Below, in pieces: positions 62,169-64,000 of a stretch of DNA of 64,000 nucleotides (positions are counted from its first letter, which is position 1; every line of letters begins with the position of its first letter). The notes under the pieces are model-generated. The model saw only the letters and a program-made list of their open reading frames with translations, did not search any database and was not told where the DNA came from. Position numbers and translations under genes: made by a program. Source of the DNA: Fimbriosthenelais zetlandica (Eukaryota); contig OZ365118.1 of assembly GCA_977030845.1 (NCBI GenBank), forward strand, positions 2,976,001 to 3,040,000, given 5' to 3'.

Positions 62169-63377
62169 GTGAGTACTGGCCATGATAAGCTCTACCCATT
62201 ACAGATATCACAGATAACACAAGGCCATCTCCCCACGACCCCCAATAATCACCGCAATCACTTGGTGGTGTCACAATGGCAGAAAAGACGCGATACCAGC
62301 CGGCTGTTTGCTGTCTTTGTGCTGGGGAAGCTAAGCAAAACGTTCCCATGGTAATGGCTTATCAGGTGGCAGCGTGATGAATTAGAGAACCCAGTATTCT
62401 GGTCTGACACTGATAAGCCAAGTCAATCCGCCATATTTATAAATTGCGTGTATAACATTGAAGAATGGTGTCGGCGAGTAATCACGAGTTTATCGACAGA
62501 CATTCATCCCGCACTAAATCATCCTGACCTACTTAACAATTATCTCATCCACGCTGTTTCCCACGCAGAAACAGAAATTAGACAATTCTTGGTGCTTAAA
62601 CAAAATGTAGCAATCCATAGCTCATACATTTTTGACGCGGAATCTATTTAGTATTGTTAATAGACAGTCTAGAGGTTGTTTACATGTTTTAATGAGTGAT
62701 CATTGTATTTAACTACTCATCCTACAGCATCAGCCCATCTTTCTCTTGATGAAGATCCCCTCCATAACTCCCACCCTTGTATTGTCATCTACCTTGCTTT
62801 TATTCCCCACTTATTGGCCATTAATCTTAATTACCACAATAAATATGAAGCGAGGACAGTGTTGGGGGATTATGTATGGATATCCTTGTGTAGGTGACAA
62901 TCCCGCCTGTACAATGGCATAAGATGGCTTCTACGATGGGCGTCTATAAAGGGCATAAACACCGGCAAGCCAGGTCTTATTAATCACCGCTTATACCATA
63001 CACTATTGTTTAACCTAATACGTGCATTGTCCGCACGGGGCCCTACACTAATAGATGCAGGACTTTAATTAGTGCAACTTGCCTGAAATCTACATGAAAG
63101 GGGGATGTGGTTTGCACTCTAGGCCTTTCAAAAAAGGTCTATACAGGCATTAAAGTAGGTTTTAGGCGGCAGTCAGCTCTTTGATGGTGTAACAATCACA
63201 CTTCTTCTACCATCAGTTAATCTGTCCATCCGAGATGAAATTATAGCACATCATGTCAGTCGTTTGATAAAAACTTTACCGCTTCCATGGACTCCACCCC
63301 CGGCTTCATGGGCGGAAGTGGAGGGATGATATTAAAGATGACTTCCGGTTAATGTACCAGTCTGCTTGGAGGGGTGT

Positions 63378-63458
63378 GGGGGTAGTGGGGCAGTCTGGGG
63401 GTAGGGAGGCAGTCTGGGGGTAGTGGGGCAGTCTGGGGGTAGGGAGGCAGTCTGGGGG
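63378..63458. repeat. 19-bp G-rich tandem repeat x4 (two alternating variants, i.e. a 38-bp dimer x2)
   Basis: GGGGGTAGTGGGGCAGTCT alternating with GGGGGTAGGGAGGCAGTCT. Confidence 0.92.
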
Positions 63459-64000
63459 ATGGTACTTTCAATGTTAGACCATCTTGATCATCCAGGGATT
63501 CAGTTCCCAGGTTTTACATGCCCGTATTTTACATCGTCAACTATTTGATTGCATGTATCCTACCAGCTGCACTTTTCCTTCCATCCTAACACCACCCAGG
63601 CACGTATGGCTCCCTTCATCATAAGTTCTCAGTTTTTGTCTTCACTGTTGCTGATAAAATCTAAACCTACAAGTGTAACCACCATAAACGTGCCATCAGA
63701 GATATTAGCCTGGCGTGCGTTTAAACAAATCTAAACACAAGAGACATTATAATGGACAACGGCCATGAGCCAGAAAATCCAATCAACTCCAAACAAGAGG
63801 AGAAAATCAATTTTCCATGAGTTTGTTCCCATTAGGAAGCCATCACTAAGTTGACTAATGAGTTTTCTTGCCTTCTTCATGCATTGTTTCATGTTTCCGG
63901 TCACGTGGCTTTGACCCGGTGACTGGATGGACAGAGCGTGGCTATTCTACTAATAACACACTCCACACACAGCTGGTCAAATGGTCATTGTATCATCCTG

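Noticed and set aside
63600-63734. Possible third, terminal coding exon (ARMAPFIISSQ...AFKQI*), phase 0
   Set aside because: The CTAAC is too close to the AG, the peptide is hydrophobic with no Pcdh tail motif, and there is no other support. Not excluded without RNA data.
1-64000. Autonomous transposons, tRNA/rRNA genes or known conserved miRNAs
   Set aside because: No RT, transposase or integrase motifs, no tRNA cloverleaf or A/B boxes, and no conserved mature miRNA recognised by eye. Decayed non-autonomous elements probably exist but need a repeat library.

Overview
This is eukaryotic (animal) genomic DNA, moderately AT-rich and mostly non-coding. Protein style and gene architecture suggest a lophotrochozoan invertebrate (annelid/mollusc-like), but that taxon call is an inference. 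One real gene dominates: a + strand protocadherin. Its single large exon (acceptor at 11120, ATG 11345, donor after 14086) encodes a signal peptide, 7 cadherin repeats, a TM helix and the proximal cytoplasmic tail. A phase-matched, proline-rich 228-nt exon (61941-62168) lies 47,854 nt downstream, and the gene probably continues beyond the window. Upstream are candidate non-coding first and internal exons with core-promoter motifs and several uORFs. Both coding exons end in LE|GTGAGT and stay open 54 and 61 codons into the intron before a stop and an AATAAA, suggesting alternative C-terminal isoforms. The large intron holds many minisatellites, long C/G homopolymers, palindromes and clustered TF-like motifs (RFX, ETS, TCF, CRE, IR3, CTCF-like). 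I found no recognisable transposase/RT, tRNA, rRNA or CRISPR array. Almost all other ORFs in the track look like noise. Splice models and motif calls were made by eye and need RNA or comparative data.
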